Source of the DNA: Coprobacillaceae bacterium
GTDB taxonomy: Bacteria > Bacillota_I > Bacilli_A > Erysipelotrichales > Coprobacillaceae
Length of the DNA: 32,000 nucleotides
Assembly (NCBI GenBank): GCA_963675515.1
Contig: OY776328.1
Span: forward strand, 1,770,001 to 1,802,000
Direction of reading: 5' to 3'
Numbering within the stretch: the stretch's first letter is position 1; each line of letters begins with the position of its first letter. Positions 7,180-15,943 of the stretch are shown here, piece after piece. The notes below the pieces were generated by a model that had not been told where the DNA came from, did no database searches, and was given only the letters and a program-made list of their open reading frames with translations. Position numbers and translations under genes: made by a program.

Positions 7180-9363
7180 ATGGATAAGCAAAGCAAGTGT
7201 CCCGTAACCGGTGCTGTGGGACATAGAAAAATGGAGACGACCGCAAACGAGGATTGGTGGCCGGACCGGTTGAATTTAAAAATTCTTGAACAGCATTCGC
7301 AAAAAGTAAGTCCGATGGGCAAGGATTTCTGTTACAAAGATGAATTCGCAAAACTAGATTATTTCGCATTGAAGGAAGACCTTTTTAAACTTATGAGCGA
7401 TTCCCAAACATGGTGGCCTGCCGACTATGGACATTACGGACCTTTGTTCATCCGGATGGCCTGGCACAGTGCCGGTACCTACCGGATGGGCGATGGTCGT
7501 GGCGGAGGCGGGACCGGCAACCAGCGGTTTGCGCCGTTAAACAGCTGGCCTGACAACGTCAACCTTGACAAGGCAAGGCGGCTGCTTTGGCCGGTCAAAA
7601 AGAAATATGGTGCTAAGATATCCTGGGCTGATCTGATGATTCTAGCAGGCAACTGCGCCTTGGAATCGATGGGATTCAAGACAATCGGATTTGGCGGTGG
7701 CCGCGAAGACATATGGACCACAGAAGAGGATGTATACTGGGGCAGTGAAAAAAAATGGCTCGATGATAAACGTTATTCAGGGGAACGTGATCTGGAAAAT
7801 CCATTGGCAGCCGTCCAGATGGGCCTGATTTATGTCAACCCCGAAGGGCCAAATGGAATACCTGACGCAGTCGCTTCGGGAATCGACGTTAGGGAAACAT
7901 TCGCCAGAATGGCGATGAACGACGAGGAAACAGTTGCTTTGATCGCCGGTGGACACACTTTTGGCAAGTGCCATGGTGCATCCAAACCTGAGCATCTAGG
8001 GCCCGAAGTCGAAGCTGCTCCAGTCGAACAAATGGGACTTGGATGGAAGAACAGTTTTGGAAAAGGCACTGGCCAGGACACAATATCGAGCGGGCTTGAA
8101 GGAGCTTGGAATTCTACCCCGGTCAAATGGGACAACAATTATCTAAATACCTTGTTTAAATATGACTGGAATTTGGTCAAGAGTCCTGCAGGAGCTTTCC
8201 AGTGGCACCCCTCTGATCCAGAAGCGAAGACTGTTCCCGGGGCTGAATATCCCGACGAGAAATTCATGCCGATGATGACCACCGCAGATTTGTCATTGCG
8301 GATGGATCCAATTTACAAACCAATTGCAAAAAAATTCAAAGAAAACCCCGACTTGCTCCAGGACGCTTTTGCAAAAGCCTGGTTCAAACTAACTCACCGG
8401 GACATGGGACCAAAATCGCGTTACCTTGGACCGGAAGTACCAAAAGAGGACTTCATTTGGCAAGATCCGATACCTGAAATTGACTACGATCTGGTCGGTC
8501 CCGATGACATAGCAGTTCTAAAAACAAAACTGCTGGAATCCAAACTCACAATATCGCAACTAGTGAAGACAGCCTGGGCCAGCGCTTCTACATTCCGCAA
8601 CTCGGACAAGCGGGGCGGGGCAAATGGGGCAAGAATTTCTCTGGTGCCCCAAAATCGTTGGGCGGTCAACAATCCCAATGAGCTCGATATGATTTTGGAT
8701 GTCCTGAAAAACATCAAAACTGAATTTGACAACAGTCATTCCACCAAAATATCATTGGCCGATTTGATAGTATTGGGCGGCAGTGCAGCAATAGAACAGG
8801 CAATCAAAAATTCCGGTTATGATATCGATGTGCCATTTGATCCAGGCCGCAATGATGCAACGGCAGAACAAACCGACGCTGTTTCATTTGGCGTTCTCGA
8901 GCCAAAAGTGGACGGATTCAGAAATTATAGAAAACAGCGATATGATATCAAAGAAGAACACCTGCTTGTCGATAAGGCACAACTGCTTGATTTGACCGCC
9001 CCTGAAATGACTGTCCTGATTGGCGGACTAAGGGTTCTCAGGTGCAATTATGACAACAGTGAACTTGGGGTATTGACCGATAAGACTGACACTCTTTCAC
9101 AGGACTACTTTATCAACCTCTTGGACATGAAATACATGTGGCAACCGGCTGATGATCAGGAATGGGAATACGTGGCAATCGATCGGGCAGCAAAAAAGGT
9201 TGCCTATAAGGTCAGCCGCATTGATATGGTGCTTGGTTCGAATTCCCAACTGCGCGCAATCTGCGAAGTCTATGCCAGCGATGATGCAAAATTGAAATTC
9301 ATAGAAGATTTCATCAAGGCATGGACCAAGATAATGAACAGCGATAGATTTGATCTGAAATGA
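7180..9363 (+). CDS. katG: Bifunctional catalase-peroxidase KatG (727 aa)
   Basis: [11 protein letters not shown] distal site, GGHTFGK proximal His, LIYVNPEG and ARMAMNDEE (Met-Tyr-Trp adduct residues), two-domain length. Confidence 0.97.
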   Translation: MDKQSKCPVTGAVGHRKMETTANEDWWPDRLNLKILEQHSQKVSPMGKDFCYKDEFAKLDYFALKEDLFKLMSDSQTWWPADYGHYGPLFIRMAWHSAGTYRMGDGRGGGGTGNQRFAPLNSWPDNVNLDKARRLLWPVKKKYGAKISWADLMILAGNCALESMGFKTIGFGGGREDIWTTEEDVYWGSEKKWLDDKRYSGERDLENPLAAVQMGLIYVNPEGPNGIPDAVASGIDVRETFARMAMNDEETVALIAGGHTFGKCHGASKPEHLGPEVEAAPVEQMGLGWKNSFGKGTGQDTISSGLEGAWNSTPVKWDNNYLNTLFKYDWNLVKSPAGAFQWHPSDPEAKTVPGAEYPDEKFMPMMTTADLSLRMDPIYKPIAKKFKENPDLLQDAFAKAWFKLTHRDMGPKSRYLGPEVPKEDFIWQDPIPEIDYDLVGPDDIAVLKTKLLESKLTISQLVKTAWASASTFRNSDKRGGANGARISLVPQNRWAVNNPNELDMILDVLKNIKTEFDNSHSTKISLADLIVLGGSAAIEQAIKNSGYDIDVPFDPGRNDATAEQTDAVSFGVLEPKVDGFRNYRKQRYDIKEEHLLVDKAQLLDLTAPEMTVLIGGLRVLRCNYDNSELGVLTDKTDTLSQDYFINLLDMKYMWQPADDQEWEYVAIDRAAKKVAYKVSRIDMVLGSNSQLRAICEVYASDDAKLKFIEDFIKAWTKIMNSDRFDLK

Positions 9364-9373
9364 ATCAAGACTT

Positions 9374-9400
9374 AAAAGGACCGGCATTGCCGGTCCTTTT
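9374..9400. terminator. Bidirectional terminator between convergent katG and the peroxiredoxin gene
   Basis: Perfect 12-bp stem AAAAGGACCGGC/GCCGGTCCTTTT with a 3-nt loop. A/T runs lie on both sides. Confidence 0.85.
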
Positions 9401-9425
9401 CCAAACTATTATACCTATTTGATTT

Positions 9426-10115
9426 TCAGCTTTCTTTTTTGAAACACATGAACCAGTCAAGGCAATACTTTCCGGTTTCATCACTTTCCATTCTTTCTTT
9501 GGCTGTTCCACAAGATCCCGGTGGCGGCAGGATAACATCGTCACCTGGTTGCCAGTTGGCTGGAGTTGCGATTGCTTCCTTGTCCGCTTTTTGCAGGGCG
9601 ATGATGATCCGTTTTATTTCATCGAAGTTGCGCCCCATCGAAGCAGGGTAATAAAGAATAGTGCGCACAACAGCTTCGGGATCCATGATGAACACGGCTC
9701 TAACAGCCTGGGTTGAAGACGACCCCGGTTGAATCATCCCGAATTTTTTGGCAACATCCATTTTGATGTCTTCGATCAACGGGAATTTCACTTCCACGTT
9801 TTTCATGCCTTTGTATTCAATCTTTTCCTGGATAGTTCTCAACCATGCAATATGTGCATAGAGAGAGTCAACAGACAGGCCGATAAGTTCGGTATTCAAT
9901 GCCTTGAACTCATCCTGCATGCTTGCAAAGGTCATGAATTCAGTTGTGCATACCGGAGTGAAATCCGCGGGGTGACTAAAAAGGATTACCCATTTACCCA
10001 AGTAATCTTCCGGGAATGAAATATCACCCTGGGTTGTGACAGCTTTGAATGAAGGCGCCTTTTCACCGATCAAAGGCAATGTAACAGCCTCCTTTTTTAA
10101 TTCTTCGTTTTCCAT
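9426..10115 (-). CDS. Peroxiredoxin, Prx6/archaeal-type with C-terminal Cys pair (229 aa)
   Basis: FSHPADFTPVCTTE peroxidatic Cys motif. C-terminal CLDWFMC (C-x5-C). Confidence 0.92.
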   Translation of the reverse strand: MENEELKKEAVTLPLIGEKAPSFKAVTTQGDISFPEDYLGKWVILFSHPADFTPVCTTEFMTFASMQDEFKALNTELIGLSVDSLYAHIAWLRTIQEKIEYKGMKNVEVKFPLIEDIKMDVAKKFGMIQPGSSSTQAVRAVFIMDPEAVVRTILYYPASMGRNFDEIKRIIIALQKADKEAIATPANWQPGDDVILPPPGSCGTAKERMESDETGKYCLDWFMCFKKES

Positions 10116-10147
10116 ATTTTTCTCCTTTCATCGTACTAGCTACCATA

Positions 10148-10175
10148 ATTATATCACAACATGCCATTATTTCAA
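10148..10175 (-). promoter_or_regulatory. Putative sigma-A promoter of the peroxiredoxin gene
   Basis: On the minus strand: TTGAAA (10175-10170), 16-nt spacer, TATAAT (10153-10148). SD AAAGGAG precedes ATG 10115. Confidence 0.45.
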
Positions 10176-10273
10176 GTACAGAGTGTAATTTATGTTACAC
10201 CGAGAAACATATATAAACTATAGGATTTCTAGGAATTTAAGTTTTGTGTATTTTCATATTGTTGAAAATTCGA

Positions 10274-10310
10274 GAAATCAATTGAATACTATTGATTTCT
10301 ATTGTAAAAT
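10274..10310 (+). promoter_or_regulatory. deoR-operon promoter overlapped by a perfect 9-bp inverted repeat (probable operator)
   Basis: GAAATCAAT-N8-ATTGATTTC (10274-10299). TTGAAT (10282-10287), 17-nt spacer, TAAAAT (10305-10310). A second inverted repeat CTATTG-N15-CAATAG lies at 10299-10325. Confidence 0.5.
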
Positions 10311-10353
10311 GATAAATATCAATAGCAAACAAGAATAAACAAGAGGTGATCAC

Positions 10354-11115
10354 ATGTTTGCAAAAGAAAGGCATCAAAGAATAGTTTCAAAAGTGAATAA
10401 GACTGGGCGGGTACTGGTAAAAGATTTGGCCGATGAATTCGACGTCTCCGAAGATTGCATCCGCAAGGATCTTTCAATACTTCAAAAGCAAAATTTGCTT
10501 GAAAAAACATATGGCGGGGCGATGAGGATAAACACCAACGTCCATCTCCATTCCAGTTTGCAAAGAAAAAAGCTTCCCGATCGCGAACGGGTTGCGATTG
10601 CAACAAAAGCAATTGGCTTGATCGAAGAAATGGACACGGTATTTCTAGACATATCGCTCACAAATGTCGAATTGGCAAGAGAACTGGCCCGCCAAAACCT
10701 CAATGTTACAATCATAACGAACATGATCGAGATCCTGAATTTGATTTCACATTGTGAAAATATCAGTCTGATATTTATCGGCGGACACATCAACGAGGAC
10801 CGTGATGGATTTAACGACGCCCTGGCAACAGCCATCCTCGATAATTTTATAATTGACAAAGCCTTTGTCGGTCTTACTGGTATTGATGTTTTTTTGAATC
10901 AAGTTTCAACGTACCGGATTGATGACGGGCTGTTCAAAAAAAGAATAATTGACATGTCCAAAAAGTCATATCTTTTGGTCGAAAACCGCAAATTCAATGA
11001 ATATGGCAATTTCATCTTCACTGAGATAAACAAGGTTGACGGATTGCTTGTAAGCGAATCGCCCCATAAGGACATATTGGAACAGTTGGAAAAAAAAGAT
11101 ATCAGAATAATATAG
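10354..11115 (+). CDS. DeoR-family transcriptional regulator (253 aa)
   Basis: N-terminal DeoR HTH (RHQRIVSKVNKTGRVLVKDLADEFDVSEDCIRKDL) plus a C-terminal sugar-phosphate-sensor-type domain. Its stop overlaps the SD of the next gene. Confidence 0.9.
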   Translation: MFAKERHQRIVSKVNKTGRVLVKDLADEFDVSEDCIRKDLSILQKQNLLEKTYGGAMRINTNVHLHSSLQRKKLPDRERVAIATKAIGLIEEMDTVFLDISLTNVELARELARQNLNVTIITNMIEILNLISHCENISLIFIGGHINEDRDGFNDALATAILDNFIIDKAFVGLTGIDVFLNQVSTYRIDDGLFKKRIIDMSKKSYLLVENRKFNEYGNFIFTEINKVDGLLVSESPHKDILEQLEKKDIRII

Positions 11116-11122
11116 GTGGAAC

Positions 11123-13465
11123 ATGAAAAACAGGGAACGGATTTCAATACTAAAAGACAAACTAGAATCAAAAAAACGTTATCTATCGCTCGAACAGGCT
11201 TCAATAATCACCAAAACATATCAGGAAAACCCGCAGTGCTCTATTCCAAAGAAGCGGGCATTGGCCTTGAAGGCCGCTTTGGAAAACATCGAAATATCAA
11301 TCGAAGACGAAGAGTTGATTGTGGGCAATCGTACTGCCAATCCGCGCGACGGGGTTGTGTTTCCAGAAAGCGGATGTTCCTGGATTCTTAAAGAACTTGA
11401 TACGCTTGAGTCACGGCCCCAGGACCGTTTCATTGTCAAAGAGTGCGACAAGGAAACATTCCGCAATGTCATTCACCCATACTGGTTGAATCGTTCAATG
11501 GAAGATCATATCTACAACAACTACAGCAGTTCGCTCCAGACGATTGAAAAGGTCGTTAAAATCAACCAGAAGGACCATGCTCAAGGCCACATTTGTCCCA
11601 ATGTGGAAAAATGGCTCAAATCAGGTGTTTCCGGTCTTTACGAAGATGCGGCAATGAGATTGCAGAATTGCCAGGATGATCAAAAGGAATTCTACGAATG
11701 CACATTGCTTTCACTTGAAGGTGCCAAGAATTTCATGCTTCGCTATTGCGGATTGATCGAAGACAGGATTGTGGCAAATCCTAATGCATACAGTGATTTG
11801 ATCATGGTAAAAAACAACTGCAACAATCTGGCAAACCGCCCCGCGAACACATTTCATGAAGCGCTTCAGGCAGTCTGGTTCCTGTTTGTGATCTTGCACA
11901 TGGAAAGCAACGCATCATCATTCTCACCAGGTCGGATGGATCAATACCTGTTGCCTTATTATCAAAACGATATAGCCCAAGGGGTCATCGACCAAGATCT
12001 GGCGCTTGAGATGATTGAATGCCTGTTTTTGAAATTCAACCAGGTGGTCTATATGCGCAATGAACATAGTGCAAAATATTTCGCCGGATTCCCCATCGGC
12101 TTCAACATCGCACTAGGTGGCCGAAACAGTCTTAATCAAGATTGCGCCAACGATCTTTCTTACCTGTTCTTACAGGCTCAAGAAAACATCGGATTACCAC
12201 AGCCAAACCTTTCGGTCCGCATCAACAAGGCAACTTCCCATGAATTTTTAAAAAAGGCGGCAGAAGTCGTGGGCAAGGGAAGTGGGATGCCCCAATTCTT
12301 CAACGACGAAGCTATCATCGAACCAATGATAAATGAATTGGACATCGAAAAACAAGACGCCCACGACTACGCCATTGTCGGCTGCGTCGAATTGACAACT
12401 CAGGGTAACAATCTGGGTTGGTCCGATGCGGCGATGTTCAACATCAACAAGGTTCTTGAACTGACCCTTAACAACGGCAAATGCCTGCTTACAAACAAGC
12501 AAATGGGGCTTGATCTGGGCAGTCTGAGTGACTATGCGACATACCAGGATCTCCAAAACGCTTTGGGAAAACAGGTTGAGCACTTCATGGATAAAATGGT
12601 TGAGTCATGCGAGGTGATTGAAAAAGCCCATCAGGAATTTTTACCTACCGCATTTTTGTCAACTGTGATTGACGATTGTATGGCAAAAGGGAAGGATGTC
12701 ACAAAAGGCGGGGCGAAATATAATCTTTCAGGAATTCAGCTAATCCAGATTGCCAACCTGGCCGACAGTCTCGCCGTCATCAAGAAGCTAGTTTATCAGG
12801 ATCAAATGATATCCAAGGATGAAATGATCAGCGCGCTAAGGTCAGATTTCAATGAAGATCCGATCATGGCGACCATTGTAAAAAACAAATGTGAAAAATA
12901 CGGCAATGATGTCGAGTGGGTTGACCAGATCGGGGCTTACTGGGCTGAGTATTTCAAAGACAGATTAGGAAGATATAAAAATTTCCGTCAAGGAAAATAT
13001 CATCAGGGTATGTACACTGTTTCGGCCCATGTTCCAATGGGAGAAAATGTAGGGGCATCCCCGGATGGTCGCAAAGCGACAGAACCATTGGCCGATGGCG
13101 GTATGTCACCGGTATACGGACGCGACCTGGAGGGCCCGACTGCAGTCTTGAAATCGGTGGCGCGGATTCCGAATCGATGCACTACAAACGGCGGTTTGCT
13201 CAATCTCAAATTCTTGCCTGACCTTTTCAAAACAAGCGAAGGAATCGATAAGTTCTGTTCACTCCTTCGGGGGTTTGTCGACCTGAAAGTGTGCCATGTC
13301 CAATTCAACGTTGTCGATAAAAAGACATTGCTTGAAGCCCAGAAACACCCGGAAAGATTTTGTTCATTGACCGTTCGAGTTGCCGGATATACCGCTTATT
13401 TTGTGGAACTTGACCATAAGCTTCAAAACGAGATAATTGCGAGGACGTGGCATGAATTCAGCTAA
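11123..13465 (+). CDS. Glycyl radical enzyme, PFL2/glycerol-dehydratase-like (non-PFL) class, 780 aa; substrate unknown
   Basis: C-terminal glycyl radical motif TVRVAGYTAYF (Gly755). Single catalytic Cys in VGCVE (Cys421, Glu423) and no vicinal Cys-Cys as in PflB. Confidence 0.93.
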   Translation: MKNRERISILKDKLESKKRYLSLEQASIITKTYQENPQCSIPKKRALALKAALENIEISIEDEELIVGNRTANPRDGVVFPESGCSWILKELDTLESRPQDRFIVKECDKETFRNVIHPYWLNRSMEDHIYNNYSSSLQTIEKVVKINQKDHAQGHICPNVEKWLKSGVSGLYEDAAMRLQNCQDDQKEFYECTLLSLEGAKNFMLRYCGLIEDRIVANPNAYSDLIMVKNNCNNLANRPANTFHEALQAVWFLFVILHMESNASSFSPGRMDQYLLPYYQNDIAQGVIDQDLALEMIECLFLKFNQVVYMRNEHSAKYFAGFPIGFNIALGGRNSLNQDCANDLSYLFLQAQENIGLPQPNLSVRINKATSHEFLKKAAEVVGKGSGMPQFFNDEAIIEPMINELDIEKQDAHDYAIVGCVELTTQGNNLGWSDAAMFNINKVLELTLNNGKCLLTNKQMGLDLGSLSDYATYQDLQNALGKQVEHFMDKMVESCEVIEKAHQEFLPTAFLSTVIDDCMAKGKDVTKGGAKYNLSGIQLIQIANLADSLAVIKKLVYQDQMISKDEMISALRSDFNEDPIMATIVKNKCEKYGNDVEWVDQIGAYWAEYFKDRLGRYKNFRQGKYHQGMYTVSAHVPMGENVGASPDGRKATEPLADGGMSPVYGRDLEGPTAVLKSVARIPNRCTTNGGLLNLKFLPDLFKTSEGIDKFCSLLRGFVDLKVCHVQFNVVDKKTLLEAQKHPERFCSLTVRVAGYTAYFVELDHKLQNEIIARTWHEFS

Positions 13466-14372
13466 GGGGAATATATTTGCCATAAAGCGATTTGCGCTCC
13501 ATGACGGTCAGGGAATACGGACTACCATATTTTTCAAAGGTTGTCCCCTTCGATGTTCCTGGTGTCACAATCCAGAAGGCATAAATCCAAAAACTGAAAT
13601 TGCATTCATCAAGAACAACTGCATTTCTTGTAAAAGATGTCTCAAAGTGGCTCAAAATGACCAGGTCATAAAATATGATGGGCAGCCGTTTTTCAACCTG
13701 AAGTCACGAAGTGATTTTAAGCCAATAATAAAAACATGCCCGGCGAATGCGGTTGTTTCAATCGGCGAGAATGTGTCACTATCCCAAGTTATGGATATGA
13801 TAAGCAAGGATCGGATCTTTTATCAAGGCAAAGGCGGTGTGACCTTTTCCGGGGGCGAGCCGCTGATGCAAATTGAATTTTTGAAATCAGTTCTAAGACA
13901 CTGCAGGGAAACAAATATAAACACCGCAATTGAAACTTCTTTGTACGCTCCATTGAACAAAATATTGCCGATTCTCAAGTTGCTCGATACGATTTATGTG
14001 GATTTCAAGATGTTCGATGGCGTAAATCATCTTCGCCATACCGGTGTCGACAATAAAGTGATAAAAGACAACATCTCAGCCATTCTTAAAGGACACCACA
14101 AGGAGAAAGTCGTTATCCGTACCCCTTTGATTCCGGGTATCACCGCCAATCTCGAAAACATCGAAGCTATCGCCAAGTTCATCTTTGAGTGTTTTCCTGA
14201 TGTGCAGTACGAGCTGCTAAACTACAATTATCTAGCAAGCGGCAAATACGAGAATCTGGCAAGCGATTTCTTGCTGTCGCCCGATTTGAAGCCGCTCAAC
14301 AGGATTGAGTTGGAAGAACTATACGAAGTCATTGAAAGGGCCGGAATCAAGAATGTGGTAAAAGCATACTAA
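13452..14372 (+). CDS. Glycyl-radical-enzyme activating enzyme (radical SAM, with ferredoxin-like insert), 306 aa
   Basis: SD GAGGA at 13441-13445, ATG at 13452, overlapping the GRE stop. CPLRCSWCHNPE (CxxxCxxC; C31/C35/C38). Extra CISCKRC...CPANAV cluster motifs. GGEP SAM motif. Confidence 0.92.
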   Translation: MNSAKGNIFAIKRFALHDGQGIRTTIFFKGCPLRCSWCHNPEGINPKTEIAFIKNNCISCKRCLKVAQNDQVIKYDGQPFFNLKSRSDFKPIIKTCPANAVVSIGENVSLSQVMDMISKDRIFYQGKGGVTFSGGEPLMQIEFLKSVLRHCRETNINTAIETSLYAPLNKILPILKLLDTIYVDFKMFDGVNHLRHTGVDNKVIKDNISAILKGHHKEKVVIRTPLIPGITANLENIEAIAKFIFECFPDVQYELLNYNYLASGKYENLASDFLLSPDLKPLNRIELEELYEVIERAGIKNVVKAY

Positions 14373-14398
14373 CAAGAACGGTGATGTTCTTGTTTTTT
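14371..14398 (+). terminator. Rho-independent terminator of the deoR-GRE-activase operon
   Basis: 9-bp stem AACAAGAAC/GTTCTTGTT (14371-14379 / 14386-14394) followed by a T6 run. Confidence 0.85.
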
Positions 14399-14472
14399 AA
14401 TCATATTTTTAATTTTCGTGTGTAATATTTGTGAATTTCTGGCAAATTTGATAAAATTAGTTCCATCAGCCA

Positions 14473-14544
14473 AACAAAAATCAAAAAAAGGAAAATGTAT
14501 ATCGTAAATTGATAGATAGATAAGTCATTTATAATATACAAGGA
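14473..14544 (+). repeat. 72-bp promoter+SD cassette, copy B (upstream of tldD); 64/72 identical to 2503-2574
   Basis: -35 TTGATA at 14509-14514; -10 TATAAT at 14530-14535 or TAATAT at 14532-14537. Ends in AGGA 8 nt before ATG 14552. Confidence 0.75.
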
Positions 14545-14551
14545 GAACAAT

Positions 14552-15943
14552 ATGTTAGATATCAAAACCTGCCAGAAGGTCATTGCGGCCGGACTGGAAA
14601 CGGGATGCAACTTTGCCGAAATATTTGAAGAAGACAAGTTTTCAACGGCAATTTCCCAAATCAATGGAAAAATTGAAAAAGTCAACAGCGGAAATTCATA
14701 CGGAATCGGAATCCGCCTCTACCATGGCAAAATGAGCGTATATGGGTCAACCAACAACAATGATCCAGAAAGTCTTGTCAATCTGGCCCGAGATCTTGCG
14801 GCCAACTTTCATGGCGAACCGATGGTTGAAGCCGTGGAGTTGGGTCATATTTTCTACGACAATAATCATCCGATTGAAAAATACCCTGAGGACTACGATC
14901 TGGATTACAAAAAATCCATTATTAAAAAACTGTATCGAAGCGCCAAGGAATACAGCGAACTTGTTTCCAAGGTTAACGTGAACTACAGCGACAGTCACCA
15001 AAAAGTGCTCATAGCCAACAGCGAAGGAAAATATATCGAAGACAGCCGGGTCCAGACACGAATTGCTGTAACGTCGATTGTTGAAAAAGATGGTCACATT
15101 CAGGATTTTTACAGCGCACCCGGAGCCAGCAAAGGGCTGGAATTCTATGATGAGATCGATCTGGAAAAACTTGGCCAGGATGTCAGCGAAAAGGCGATCA
15201 AGATGTTCTTCGCCTTGGAATGTCCTAGCGGCGTGATGGATGTTGTCATCAACAATGGCTTTGGAGGGGTGATTTTCCATGAGGCATGCGGCCATCTTCT
15301 TGAGGCTACTTCCGTGGCTAAAAACCAGAGCATTTTTGCCAACAAGATTGGCGAGAAGATAGCCAGTGAACTTGTCAGTGCGGTCGATGACGGAACGATA
15401 AAGAACGCCTGGGGTTCTTCAAATATCGATGACGAGGGGAATTTCACCCAGCGCAACGTCCTGATTGAAAACGGCATTCTCAAAGGCTATCTGGTGGACC
15501 ACTTCAACGGATTGAAGATGAACGCAAAATCAACGGGAAGCGGCCGGCGCCAGTCTTATCATTTCCAGCCGACTTCAAGAATGAACAACACGTTCATCAC
15601 CAACGGAAAAAGCTCGCTAGATGAACTGATCGGTGCGACGAAATTCGGTTTGTTTGCAGCCAGCTTGGGGGGCGGATCGGTGAACCCGGCAACCGGTGAT
15701 TTCAATTTTGCTGTCCAGGAAGGATACCTGATTGAAGACGGAAAGATTACAAAGCCTGTAAAAGGGGCTTCACTAGTTGGCAACGGTGCCCAGGTGCTTA
15801 AAGACATTGATATGGTTGCCGACAATCTTACCCGCGCCCAGGGAATGTGCGGCTCAGCCAGCGGTTCAATTCCAGTAGATGTCGGCCAGCCGGCGATTCG
15901 GGTAAAGAATATGACAGTAGGTGGAAGGGGAGGCAATATCTGA
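14552..15943 (+). CDS. tldD: TldD-family metalloprotease (463 aa)
   Basis: HEACGH (HExxxH) motif. C-terminal GMCGSASGSIPV typical of TldD. Confidence 0.92.
   Translation: MLDIKTCQKVIAAGLETGCNFAEIFEEDKFSTAISQINGKIEKVNSGNSYGIGIRLYHGKMSVYGSTNNNDPESLVNLARDLAANFHGEPMVEAVELGHIFYDNNHPIEKYPEDYDLDYKKSIIKKLYRSAKEYSELVSKVNVNYSDSHQKVLIANSEGKYIEDSRVQTRIAVTSIVEKDGHIQDFYSAPGASKGLEFYDEIDLEKLGQDVSEKAIKMFFALECPSGVMDVVINNGFGGVIFHEACGHLLEATSVAKNQSIFANKIGEKIASELVSAVDDGTIKNAWGSSNIDDEGNFTQRNVLIENGILKGYLVDHFNGLKMNAKSTGSGRRQSYHFQPTSRMNNTFITNGKSSLDELIGATKFGLFAASLGGGSVNPATGDFNFAVQEGYLIEDGKITKPVKGASLVGNGAQVLKDIDMVADNLTRAQGMCGSASGSIPVDVGQPAIRVKNMTVGGRGGNI

Noticed and set aside
7748-7755. A8 homopolymers inside katG, and inside comGE at 20142-20149, as possible phase-variation tracts
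   Set aside because: They are short, both genes are in frame and intact, and such runs are expected in AT-rich Lys-rich coding sequence.
10140-10158. Possible second Per box at the peroxiredoxin promoter (minus strand ATATAATTATGGTAG)
   Set aside because: It matches only about 10/14 consensus positions and largely coincides with the -10 TATAAT itself. It cannot be distinguished from promoter sequence.
14376-14390. GAAC-N6-GTTC resembling a LexA/DinR box
   Set aside because: The spacing is wrong (N6, not N4), and the sequence is the stem of the operon terminator. No GAAC-N4-GTTC was seen upstream of recN or dinB.
14401-14472. Possible similarity between the sequence left of cassette B and IS or lepA-side sequence (shared 8-mers GTGAATTT, TTTGATAA, ATTCACAA)
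   Set aside because: The matches are short, non-colinear and in mixed orientation within AT-rich DNA. They are not evidence for an IS remnant.
14401-14685. 94-aa minus-strand ORF spanning cassette copy B and the tldD start
   Set aside because: It overlaps a well-supported CDS and promoter. Its sequence is a low-complexity hydrophobic, AT-driven translation with no SD.
14747-15295. 182-aa ORF antisense to tldD; a similar 156-aa ORF at 28539-29009 lies antisense to recN
   Set aside because: The tldD case is the same register artefact (phase 2 mod 3 on both strands). Neither ORF has translation signals or recognisable motifs.
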